Source: Candidatus Woesearchaeota archaeon
GTDB lineage: Archaea > Nanobdellota > Nanobdellia > Woesearchaeales > SKGA01
Direction of reading: 5' to 3'
Length of the DNA stretch: 43,595 nt
NCBI GenBank assembly: GCA_016926395.1
Contig: JAFGOT010000012.1
Span: 1 to 43,595, forward strand
Positions 17,406-25,900 of this stretch are shown here, in pieces (within the stretch, counting starts at the first letter, position 1; every line of letters begins with the position of its first letter). Both the position numbers and the translations under genes were made by a program. Below the pieces are notes generated by a model that saw only the letters and a program-made list of their open reading frames with translations, did not search any database and was not told the origin of the DNA.

Positions 17406-18850
17406 TCACAACTGACAACCGGTTTAAAACCTAATTTTTCTTCGTATTTTTCTATCATTAAATTCATAACTTCTTCTTGATGCGAAATCCCAACCATGAC
17501 TGAATCATGAATAGGAATTGCAGGAATATTTTTTGTTACTAACTCATCTAAAATTTCCAACATTATTGATGAATCTTCAAATTGTAAATCTAAACCAACT
17601 CCGGTAAAGAAAAATTCTTCAATATTTGGATGTGCTGTTCTAAATGCAGAGATTATTTCCCTTATTCTTACGTGTGTACTAATCTCATCGCCAAATTCTT
17701 CCTTTAGTTCATGATTAGAACCAAACTCTCTTGCTATTGCTTTTATTGCAGACTCTTCATCGCCACTATTGAGCATAATATTTGTTACTGCTTTGTTTAG
17801 TTTTCTTGTTCCTTCATCTCCAAAAGAATAAAGGTCTGTTTCAGAAGGATAAATATTTTTTCTATGATAAAGCATACGCAAATGCAATGTGCTATAATCA
17901 GGTTCAACGACAGATTCATCATTAATTTTTATTTCATGACGAATAACTTTTGGCAAACCTTGAACCTCACTTCCATACAATCGACCACCTTTTGTAAAGC
18001 TTGATTGATTAAATACACGTTTGATTGATAAGTGTCTTAATGAAATCGTATGAGTAAAGGGGTAATAGTTATTTACTAGTGAATCTAATATCTCATTTCG
18101 TGTGGTAGTCTGTGAATCATATCGTATATAACGTGAATCTGTATTGAAATGAGTGTATAGATGAATCCGTGTATTAAACAATAACTGCGAGTAATCTTCG
18201 TCATTCATCTGAACCGTGACTTGTTGATTTAAAATGAATTCATTGTATCTTTGAATTTTTCTCCTCATCTCATCAAGTTCAGGAGTATTTTCATAGTCAA
18301 CTAATTTTTTATGTTCATCTTTTAACTGAATAGGTTCAACAAAACCAGAATCATCAATATCCAAAGCATCGTTAGAAGAAAACCGTGGAAGTAAATTTCT
18401 AAGTTTAGTCATAGAATCAACACGAGAGTACCTTGATTTATTTGCAAAGCTAAAACCTTTCGCAGAAAGAATAAGATAATCAGTTTCAATTAATTTTTTT
18501 ATTATTGATTCAATAACAATGTTGTAAGTAAAAAATTTAGGGACATAACGAGAACGCTTATCAGAGTAATAATTTTTATTGAACGAAACTGCAACTGGAC
18601 GTTCACAACGCCAAGCAAGAAAAAAATTAGTCAGTATACAATTAAGGGCACTACGTTTAAGTTCTTGTTGATAACCTGAAGACAAGCCAAGTTCATCAAA
18701 CAAAGTATCAACAACAGAAACAAAGTTTTCATCATCAGAATAAGAACGATAATTTAAACGACGAGCACTATCAAAATATAAAGCCTCAAAATGTTTTTGT
18801 TGCAAATCTAAAAGAGATTGCTCTTCCTCAAAATCAAATTGCCAATCCAT
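17402..18850 (-). CDS. Minimal polymerase of the family A DNA polymerase / T7-type RNA polymerase superfamily (TV-Pol-like)
   Basis: In order: GGRLY (DxxGR-like), VVEPDYSTLH (motif A Asp), RKLNK (motif B RxxxK), LQFEDS, IPIHDS (motif C); no exonuclease domain evident. Confidence 0.8.
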   Translation of the reverse strand: MDWQFDFEEEQSLLDLQQKHFEALYFDSARRLNYRSYSDDENFVSVVDTLFDELGLSSGYQQELKRSALNCILTNFFLAWRCERPVAVSFNKNYYSDKRSRYVPKFFTYNIVIESIIKKLIETDYLILSAKGFSFANKSRYSRVDSMTKLRNLLPRFSSNDALDIDDSGFVEPIQLKDEHKKLVDYENTPELDEMRRKIQRYNEFILNQQVTVQMNDEDYSQLLFNTRIHLYTHFNTDSRYIRYDSQTTTRNEILDSLVNNYYPFTHTISLRHLSIKRVFNQSSFTKGGRLYGSEVQGLPKVIRHEIKINDESVVEPDYSTLHLRMLYHRKNIYPSETDLYSFGDEGTRKLNKAVTNIMLNSGDEESAIKAIAREFGSNHELKEEFGDEISTHVRIREIISAFRTAHPNIEEFFFTGVGLDLQFEDSSIMLEILDELVTKNIPAIPIHDSVMVGISHQEEVMNLMIEKYEEKLGFKPVVSCD

Positions 18851-20891
18851 TTTGTAATTCTTCCAACTCTTTTTTTGTTTGTTCTAATTCAGCTCTCTTG
18901 TGTGGATGTTGCTTAACATCATATTCAAGAGTTTTTAGTTTTTTTGTTAACTTTTCAATATTTTCTTTTTTAGTTATTTCTGCTTGACAATCAGCACATA
19001 ATTCGTTTCCTAATGAACAATAACTACATTTTGAACATGAATGATGGTACTTAACAAAAATCTTTAACAACATTTGTTTATCTAAGTAAATGAATTGTTT
19101 TTTTGCTCGATGACATAAACGATTACACTCAGCGCGAGTTTGTTCTAAAACTGGCTTTGGTGATGCAACAACAACAATTTCTGATTCACTATCACTAACA
19201 CACCTTGCAACTTGTCTGATAATTGTTCTTGAAAAGTCCGTATTACTTGATGAGTCCCTCATAGATTTAAGTACAAAACTTGTTAATACGCGTTTATCAT
19301 CAATGTGCAAGTATCCTTCTGCATCGGTTATTTCTGCAGGACCGTGAGGATTTGGTGTCACACCCAAAATAGAACAGATTATTTCAGTTAAATCTTGAAT
19401 ATCATCTTTGTTTGGAGCAAGATTTTTATCTTCATAATAATTATCAAGTGCACTAGAAATGTTATTAAGATGACGAATACCATATTTTGTTTCTGTTGCA
19501 TCAATATTAAATTCTTTAATTGCTTCATAATTATATGTAGGTCTAGTAATTGTCAACTCATCATTTAAAAAACTTAAAACAGGTAAATTTGTTTGACCAA
19601 ATTCTCTTGCCACAACTCGTTTATCATCACTATTAAAGAAAAATAATTGCACTTTATCAACGTCAGCAATATCGCCTTTCCAATTACAAGAATCACACAC
19701 TAAAGAGTCATCTTCTCTTGAAAGAAACGACTTACATTGAGGACACAAAAAATCTGTTTGCTTCATCAATATCCCTTTATCATACAAAATATCCAACATA
19801 TATAATATTGATTGTATCTTTTCGTTATTACTTGAAAATTGACCATCAAGTTTATCAAAGAAAATTAACTTAAGGAGAGATAATGCATTTTTATAATAAT
19901 TAGGTCTTTCATTATTGAAATCTGATAAGGACAACTCTTCAGGAAGAGGAAATTCTTTTAATTCTACATAATCTTCAAAAATGTCTTCAATAAGTTTTGT
20001 TAATACTTCAACCTCATCAAGAGCAACTTTTCTTCTGAAAAAAATTCTTCCCTCATCTCGGTTAATACCACAATTTAATTTGAAATCATCAAGAATATGT
20101 TCTGCATAAAGACTGACTTCCGCTCCAACTTCTAATGCTGAACGATAAATTGTACTCATCATAAGATTTCCTTCAAACCTTGATGTTAATCGTTCAGAAC
20201 CAACGTCATCACCATTCAAAATGTGAATGGAACAGCTAGATAATCGATTTGATTTTTCCTTCCAGAGTTTTATTTGAGTATCATGAAATCGTAAGATAAG
20301 AAAATCAATATCAAAAACAGAAGAGAATAAATCTTTAACTTCATCTGCTAAATCCATATTTTTTGTAATAGCAAAAAATAATGAAGTTCCTTCAACATGA
20401 ATAAATAAACAGGAATCTAAAAACTCAACTTCTTTATTATTTCCTTTCTTATCTTTATAGGTAAATACACCCAAGGAATCATATTCAAAAATTCTAAAAA
20501 TTCCTTTTTGATAAATTCTTCTTAAAACAGGTTCATCATCACTCAGTTCATCAGTATCGCGTAAATTAGCTAAAGCATCATCATCAAGGTCAACCATAGA
20601 AGATAAATTATTCTCAACTATTTTTTCATTAATATGCTCCACATACGAATCAACAACAGAAGTAGACCGATAAAGATAAAGCGTTATAGGCCCTTCAAAA
20701 ATACAAATTTCTTTCAACCAATCGACATCTGCATCTGAAAGAGAATTGACTAATTCAATACGTAAATCTTGTGCTTTTTTTGTTGGAGTCCGTTTAATTT
20801 CATACTTATCCAAAAATAAATCAAGTAAACGTGTGGGAACATATTCATCTAAGAACCGCTCCACTTCATCAGTGTCATAAGTCTCTACCAT
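18834..20891 (-). CDS. Large protein with a Zn ribbon and a C-terminal restriction-endonuclease-like (PD-(D/E)xK-type) domain
   Basis: CPQC...CDSC; GPAEITDAE...TSFVLKS followed by an alpha/beta pattern; terminal Cys cluster CSKCSYC...CADC; overlaps the polymerase start by 17 nt. Confidence 0.55.
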   Translation of the reverse strand: MVETYDTDEVERFLDEYVPTRLLDLFLDKYEIKRTPTKKAQDLRIELVNSLSDADVDWLKEICIFEGPITLYLYRSTSVVDSYVEHINEKIVENNLSSMVDLDDDALANLRDTDELSDDEPVLRRIYQKGIFRIFEYDSLGVFTYKDKKGNNKEVEFLDSCLFIHVEGTSLFFAITKNMDLADEVKDLFSSVFDIDFLILRFHDTQIKLWKEKSNRLSSCSIHILNGDDVGSERLTSRFEGNLMMSTIYRSALEVGAEVSLYAEHILDDFKLNCGINRDEGRIFFRRKVALDEVEVLTKLIEDIFEDYVELKEFPLPEELSLSDFNNERPNYYKNALSLLKLIFFDKLDGQFSSNNEKIQSILYMLDILYDKGILMKQTDFLCPQCKSFLSREDDSLVCDSCNWKGDIADVDKVQLFFFNSDDKRVVAREFGQTNLPVLSFLNDELTITRPTYNYEAIKEFNIDATETKYGIRHLNNISSALDNYYEDKNLAPNKDDIQDLTEIICSILGVTPNPHGPAEITDAEGYLHIDDKRVLTSFVLKSMRDSSSNTDFSRTIIRQVARCVSDSESEIVVVASPKPVLEQTRAECNRLCHRAKKQFIYLDKQMLLKIFVKYHHSCSKCSYCSLGNELCADCQAEITKKENIEKLTKKLKTLEYDVKQHPHKRAELEQTKKELEELQNGLAI

Positions 20892-21081
20892 AGTGTTACA
20901 ATATATAGGTTGTATTTATTCATTTCGAATACTTGGCCAAAACAAGGATAAAAAACAGCAAAATTGGACAAAAAAATCAACCCTTATTAAACGAGACATA
21001 TAACATGTAATGTTAACACAGAACCATTCTAAGCAATGTGTAAACACAATACGCAACATACCAATAATAGGACTAATTCCC

Positions 21082-21981
21082 TTAACTAATACTATTTGAT
21101 GCTGTTTTCTCCTTAAGCAGTAATACCTCACTAAGTTTCTTTGCAACTTGCTTATACCAAAACTCTGCTTGTTGATTTTTAGCTAAATAATGATTTGCTC
21201 CAATACTGTTTGAAGCACGGCCTTGTATAAAATCTGCTACTCCTTCCGGTACTCCATTATACAGTAAAAAGTTATATTGCCACTTACGAAGATACTTAGC
21301 ATTAAACGTAGCTTTTTTGTTATATACATCTTGTAATCTGTTATTACTTCCAGTTATTCTTTTCAGTTTCTCATAAACAAATAATGGTAAAAAGACTGTG
21401 TTAATATTCTTAGTTTTACGATTATTAGCAACCGAGTATGACACAAAACCGTCGTTTATCTTAAACTTATTAACATCAAACGTTTTTAAGAAATCTAAAC
21501 ATTCAACAAAACGGATTCCTGATGTAGCAAGTATCAAAAATATCAGTTCTAAATCTTCGTTTTCTTTAAGAGCCGTATAACAACTTAACACATCTTCATT
21601 ACTCGGAACATAATAATCATTACCATCCCTACCTAACTTCAAAACCTTACGATAACGCACCAATACATCGTCTTCAAGCAACTCCAACTCTTCACAGAAG
21701 TTTAGATATACCCTACAAGCTTTAACCTTATTTCGTCTTCCTGACGGTTCTGATACAATATATTGACTAAGTTCGAACGGACTATCAAAGGACTTATCTC
21801 TAAAGAATCTGTTAAAATAAGAACGAATTCCTTTAACGTAACCAGTACCGAATTTAGTACTAAGCCAAGAGATAAAATCATCTCCTCTAACAAAATTTAG
21901 GCAGTTAACGTGGGCCTCTTTGTGATGCTCATTTTGAGAATTAAGAGTTTCAACAGCTCTCCGTGATGAATGAGAAATATA
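21082..21981 (-). CDS. Tyrosine integrase C-terminal fragment (intC), SSV-type
   Basis: The frame is open from the att repeat to the stop; catalytic set SGIR...K...KYLRK...QGR...NHY (R-K-KxxR-R-Y). Confidence 0.92.
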   Translation of the reverse strand, partial: YISHSSRRAVETLNSQNEHHKEAHVNCLNFVRGDDFISWLSTKFGTGYVKGIRSYFNRFFRDKSFDSPFELSQYIVSEPSGRRNKVKACRVYLNFCEELELLEDDVLVRYRKVLKLGRDGNDYYVPSNEDVLSCYTALKENEDLELIFLILATSGIRFVECLDFLKTFDVNKFKINDGFVSYSVANNRKTKNINTVFLPLFVYEKLKRITGSNNRLQDVYNKKATFNAKYLRKWQYNFLLYNGVPEGVADFIQGRASNSIGANHYLAKNQQAEFWYKQVAKKLSEVLLLKEKTASNSIS

Positions 21982-21997
21982 TGGTGACCCCAGGAGG
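21981..21997 (-). repeat. att site, tRNA-proximal copy
   Basis: Identical to 14611-14627; covers the last 16 nt of the tRNA plus 1 nt. Confidence 0.92.
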
Positions 21998-22059
21998 ATT
22001 CGAACCCCCGACCTGCCGGTCCGAAGCCGGCCGCTCTATCCAAGCTAAGCCATGGGGCC
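21982..22059 (-). tRNA. tRNA-Arg(UCG), intronless, CCA encoded
   Basis: Acceptor GGCCCCA/TGGGGTC, anticodon arm GCCGG-CTTCGGA-CCGGC, T-loop GGTTCGAATCC, 3' ACCA. Confidence 0.97.
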
Positions 22060-22180
22060 AAAGAGAAAAACTCGTTTGTTTTGAGTTTAGTAATATTTGG
22101 TCTGGCTTATAGAAATCAAGAACAATAATTCCATTTATAAAGATTGTCGTTAGAAATAAGTTTTAAAAAATAAAAAATAG

Positions 22181-22197
22181 AGGGAATTTCACCCCCT
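22181..22197 (-). terminator. Hairpin followed by a U-rich tract
   Basis: Minus strand AGGGGG-TGAAA-TTCCCT, then CTATTTTTTATTTTTT. Confidence 0.45.
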
Positions 22198-22253
22198 GGT
22201 TTGCGTGCTTAAACCAACCACTGCCTAGCACGCATCACTGTATGATAATAAAA

Positions 22254-22273
22254 CGGCGAATAATTATTCGCCG
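22254..22273. terminator. Perfect 20-bp palindrome overlapping the stop codon of 22264-22758
   Basis: CGGCGAATAATTATTCGCCG is self-complementary. Confidence 0.6.
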
Positions 22274-22758
22274 CAGTAAAAGATCTTCTCAACTTGAACA
22301 TCAATTGGAGCTGTGTTATTCCTATCGATTGCTTGTTGGGAAGGGGTTTTTTCTGTCACACCTTGTTGAGAGGAAGAAGCAACTCTATTTTGAGCTTGTT
22401 GGTTGCTTTTTATGGTTGCTACAGCGGAGTGCAGTTCTTTTAATGCTTCCATTGTAGAAGATAGATTTCGCTCAAGAGTTGCTATTCGATTTTCAGAGAA
22501 TTGTTTGTAACGCGAGAACATTTGTTGTTGTTCTGCTAGACGGAGTGCAAAATTAGAATTTTCAGTTGCAGATTCTATTTGGGTAGTGATGTTTCTTCTT
22601 GACTCATCTAAATGAGATTGAGAACCAGGTACTACGTGTTGAGAACCGTTTCGAGTTATTACTGCTGTATCTCGAATACTGCTAATCGATTCTTGAGACA
22701 AGCCGCAATTAAGCAAGTCTTGCTCGATTTGAAAACTGGTGTTTGAGTTAATCTCCAT
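22264..22758 (-). CDS. Hypothetical coiled-coil protein with a C-terminal VEKIFYCG motif
   Basis: 164 aa, Q/S-rich, with a heptad-like central region. Confidence 0.75.
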   Translation of the reverse strand: MEINSNTSFQIEQDLLNCGLSQESISSIRDTAVITRNGSQHVVPGSQSHLDESRRNITTQIESATENSNFALRLAEQQQMFSRYKQFSENRIATLERNLSSTMEALKELHSAVATIKSNQQAQNRVASSSQQGVTEKTPSQQAIDRNNTAPIDVQVEKIFYCGE

Positions 22759-22891
22759 CTTACTTCTTTTTATGAGTGAGGTTATTTATAAACATTTCGC
22801 TATATTTATATCTCAGTATAGTAATTCCCACCCTAATTGAAGAAATCTTTTTAAACAAATAAAAGAAAAAAGAAAAACAGGTGCTAATATT

Positions 22892-23242
22892 ATGAAAAAA
22901 ATAATCCTATTAATTGCAGTTCTTAGCTTATTAACATTAAGTGCTTGTTCACTTGAAGGAGATAGCCCAACATGGGATCACTTGCAAAATCAAGACCCAT
23001 CAAAAATCCATCGAGATGTTGGAGTTGAAAATCCAGACGTTCCTACAACTGATGACCCAAGATGTCTTGGACAATACACAAGCGACGATGTAACGTATAG
23101 AGATTTAGAAATCAGAGCAAAAACAGAGAATAACATCGATTTATGTTATGAAATGCCTGATGAACCATTAGTTGTTTCATGTCCTGGACAAGTTACACTA
23201 ATATATTATAGTAAGGCGCGATGTCTTGAGATGTTAAGTTAA
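22892..23242 (+). CDS. Small Cys-containing lipoprotein
   Basis: MKK-hydrophobic-LSA-C lipobox. Confidence 0.75.
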   Translation: MKKIILLIAVLSLLTLSACSLEGDSPTWDHLQNQDPSKIHRDVGVENPDVPTTDDPRCLGQYTSDDVTYRDLEIRAKTENNIDLCYEMPDEPLVVSCPGQVTLIYYSKARCLEMLS

Positions 23243-23899
23243 ATGGATCTTAAAACATTAAAGAAGGTTTTCTTAAACCTTCAAACTTTCACTTCTGATT
23301 TGCCCGTTCCTCTTGTGGAATTGACAATGATTCAAACCAATGACCCGTTTAAGGTATTGGTTGCAACAATTCTTAGTGCTAGAACAAAGGATTCTCTTAC
23401 AATAACAATCCTTCCAAAATTGTTTGAAAAAGTAAAAACAATAGATGACCTAAAAAAAATCAAACAAGAACAACTTGAAAAATTAATTTACCCAATTGGA
23501 TTTTACAAAAACAAAGCTAAGTTTCTAAAACAACTACCAAAAGCATTAGATGAAAAATTTAATGGAGTTATTCCTCAAATAGTTGAAGAAGTAGTGTTAC
23601 TTCCAGGTGTTGGAAGAAAGACAGCGAATTTAGTTGTTAGTGTTGGTTTTGACAAACCTGCAATTTGTGTTGATACTCACGTTCATAAAATAATGAATAG
23701 GTTTGGATTTCTAGAAACAAAAAACCCTCTTGAAACAGAGATGGAACTTAGAAAAAAATTACCACAAAATATGTGGCAGGAAACAAACAGAATAATTGTT
23801 GCATTTGGACAATATCAATGCGTTCCTGTAAGTCCAAAATGTTCAAGTTGTCCTGTGAAAAAATATTGTGAAAGAAAAGGAGTTATGAAAAGTCGTTAA
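23243..23899 (+). CDS. nth: Endonuclease III (HhH-GPD DNA glycosylase/AP lyase)
   Basis: LPGVGRKTAN, VDTHVH, 4Fe-4S motif CVPVSPKCSSCPVKKYC. Confidence 0.95.
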   Translation: MDLKTLKKVFLNLQTFTSDLPVPLVELTMIQTNDPFKVLVATILSARTKDSLTITILPKLFEKVKTIDDLKKIKQEQLEKLIYPIGFYKNKAKFLKQLPKALDEKFNGVIPQIVEEVVLLPGVGRKTANLVVSVGFDKPAICVDTHVHKIMNRFGFLETKNPLETEMELRKKLPQNMWQETNRIIVAFGQYQCVPVSPKCSSCPVKKYCERKGVMKSR

Positions 23900-24516
23900 A
23901 ATTTAACATTTCTCCAACGCATATTTTTGTAGGATTGATTAACCTTATCAGTTAAAGAATCAAACTGCAAGGAGTCATAACCTGAACTATTTGCGATGAT
24001 TGCTTTTGAATCCTCAATAAAGTCCAAAGAAAAATGATTTATCTTAGCAGTCTTGCCTGAACTAACAGGAAATTGAATATCATTAAACAAAAAATAATGA
24101 AGACCATCATAGTGAGGTCTATTCAAAACAATTATGGAATCACGAAGAGATTTTGATTCAATAAAAGAAGAAACACGTCTTAAATCATTTACTAAAGCTC
24201 TACGATTAGTGTTAAGAAGATTTTGAACATTAAATTCCAAAGAATAATTATTAAGTGGAACAGAATGAACGTTTAATTCAGAAACAGAATGAACATCTTG
24301 ACTTCCTTGAAGTCTTGCAACTTGAAAAGCAACTGCTAAAGGAATAACATGTTGGGAAGAATAAACATCTCCTTTCATATCTTCTGAGAAATCTACAGTC
24401 TCGTCTAATTTTTTATTACCATTTACTAAATATATTTTACTCATCGGAAAGCTAAGAAAGAAGTATTTGTTTAAATTACTTTCCAAAACGCCTATCTCGA
24501 CTTTTAAAATCATCAA
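23896..24516 (-). CDS. Hypothetical protein (start probably ATG 24444)
   Basis: Open frame between nth and uppS; no motif recognised. Confidence 0.6.
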   Translation of the reverse strand: MMILKVEIGVLESNLNKYFFLSFPMSKIYLVNGNKKLDETVDFSEDMKGDVYSSQHVIPLAVAFQVARLQGSQDVHSVSELNVHSVPLNNYSLEFNVQNLLNTNRRALVNDLRRVSSFIESKSLRDSIIVLNRPHYDGLHYFLFNDIQFPVSSGKTAKINHFSLDFIEDSKAIIANSSGYDSLQFDSLTDKVNQSYKNMRWRNVKF

Positions 24517-25171
24517 TACAATTTAAAAAAGTCTCTTTATCAAGTTCAGGCCAAAGCTTGTCAACAAAAAACCACTCGCTATAAGCTGACTGCCACACTA
24601 AAAAATTACTGGTTCGAATATCACCACCAGTTCGAATGATTAAATCAGGTTGATCTTTAAGATACACATAATTATTAATTAAATCAATATCAATTTCCAA
24701 AGGATTTACTCTTCCTTCTTTAACATCATTTGCGATTTTATGAACGGCTTCAACAATCTCTTCTTGACCACCATACGCAATACAAAGATTCACAATAAAG
24801 TTATCATGTTTTGAAGTTTTTTCTTCTAAATCAGCAATGCCTTGAGCAATATCAGAAGGTAATAAATCTTTTCGACCAATATGATTTACTTTTAACCGCT
24901 TAGTCATAATAGTAGATTCTTCACCCCAATTTTTCAGTTCTTTTCTAAATAAATTAAGTAAGAAATCAAGTTCATGCTTTGGGCGATTCAAATTCTGAAT
25001 AGACAGAGCATAAATAGTGGCTTCTTTGATACCTGCTTCTTCGCACCAAGAAAGCATCTCTTCAAACTTTTGAGCACCATATTCATGACCTTTCCAAGGT
25101 TCTTTCATAAGGCGTTTTGCGAACCGCCGGTTACCATCCATGATGATACCAACGTGTAATCCTTCACTCAT
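24476..25171 (-). CDS. uppS: cis-prenyltransferase (undecaprenyl/polyprenyl diphosphate synthase)
   Basis: HVGIIMDGNRR, YALSIQN, AYGGQEEI, PDLIIRTGG, RTSNFLVWQ, RRFGK. Confidence 0.95.
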   Translation of the reverse strand: MSEGLHVGIIMDGNRRFAKRLMKEPWKGHEYGAQKFEEMLSWCEEAGIKEATIYALSIQNLNRPKHELDFLLNLFRKELKNWGEESTIMTKRLKVNHIGRKDLLPSDIAQGIADLEEKTSKHDNFIVNLCIAYGGQEEIVEAVHKIANDVKEGRVNPLEIDIDLINNYVYLKDQPDLIIRTGGDIRTSNFLVWQSAYSEWFFVDKLWPELDKETFLNCIDDFKSRDRRFGK

Positions 25172-25207
25172 AAAGCAAGAAAAGAAATAAATCCTTTTTA
25201 AATGTTT

Positions 25208-25417
25208 TTAAGATTTAGCCAAAGCCAAGTCAACATAATACTCAAGCTTTGAATCAGATAAATCAAGTAAAGAAATAAACTCATCTTTAATGGTTGTAAA
25301 TTCTTTTAAAATAGAAAGTAAATCTCGTCCAGGGTGAGAATTCATTAAATTCTCAAGTTTTCTTACTAAACGATTGTTATCAGTTTCTTCGTATTTTTTA
25401 ATTTCTGTAGACAACAA
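25208..25417 (-). CDS. Small hypothetical protein
   Basis: 69-aa amphipathic helical ORF with a TTG start. Confidence 0.45.
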   Translation of the reverse strand: MLSTEIKKYEETDNNRLVRKLENLMNSHPGRDLLSILKEFTTIKDEFISLLDLSDSKLEYYVDLALAKS

Positions 25418-25681
25418 GTATCACCTCAACTAAAACAAACAGAAACAAATTTGCTTTAAAAATAAATCTATACTAGAGAATATAAAGCCCAAAATAAGAA
25501 TTAGAGATAAAAACAAGACAAATTAGCCTTCTTTAAGTGTTAAAAAAGATAAAATACGAACCCCCATGCAAAATCAAGTGGTCAAATTCAAATAAAAAAA
25601 GCCAAATAGAAGGGAAAACTAACCGAAATTTTCCATTATATTTATAAATAAAAAGACGATTCTAGAGTATAAGTGATTACT

Positions 25682-25885
25682 ATGGGACGAATCAAAACTA
25701 AATTAATCAAAGCGTTGACAAACACTGCATATGACCAACATAAAGAGGACTTCACTGTGGACTTCAAAGACAATAAAGAAGTTATCAACAAAACTACAGG
25801 CGGAGACATTTCTAAAAAACTTAGAAACACAATTGCTGGCTATGCTACTCGAATGAAAAAACGAGATATAAAGAATCAACTTTAA
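25682..25885 (+). CDS. rps17e: 30S ribosomal protein S17e
   Basis: MGRIKTK...FTVDFKDNK...SKKLRNTIAGY. Confidence 0.95.
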   Translation: MGRIKTKLIKALTNTAYDQHKEDFTVDFKDNKEVINKTTGGDISKKLRNTIAGYATRMKKRDIKNQL

Positions 25886-25900
25886 TTTTGGTGAAACAAA

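Larger units (their letters stand above)
14611..21997 (-). mobile_element. Integrative element of ~7.37 kb in tRNA-Arg(UCG) with an SSV-type split integrase
   Basis: 17-bp direct repeats; intC immediately downstream of the intact tRNA; intN abutting the distal repeat; in-frame reconstitution of the integrase. Confidence 0.92.

Noticed and set aside
17402-18850. Reverse transcriptase (retron, DGR or Abi) assignment for the polymerase
   Set aside because: No YxDD-type RT motif and no template/variable repeat pair; the motifs fit the PolA/T7-RNAP superfamily.
21702-21893. 63-aa ORF upstream of the integrase as a separate gene
   Set aside because: It lies in a different frame inside the continuous intC frame (21981-21082); shadow ORF.
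14611-21997. Calling the element a provirus, casposon or IS
   Set aside because: No recognisable capsid or packaging ATPase, no Cas1 or protein-primed PolB, no transposase or terminal inverted repeats.
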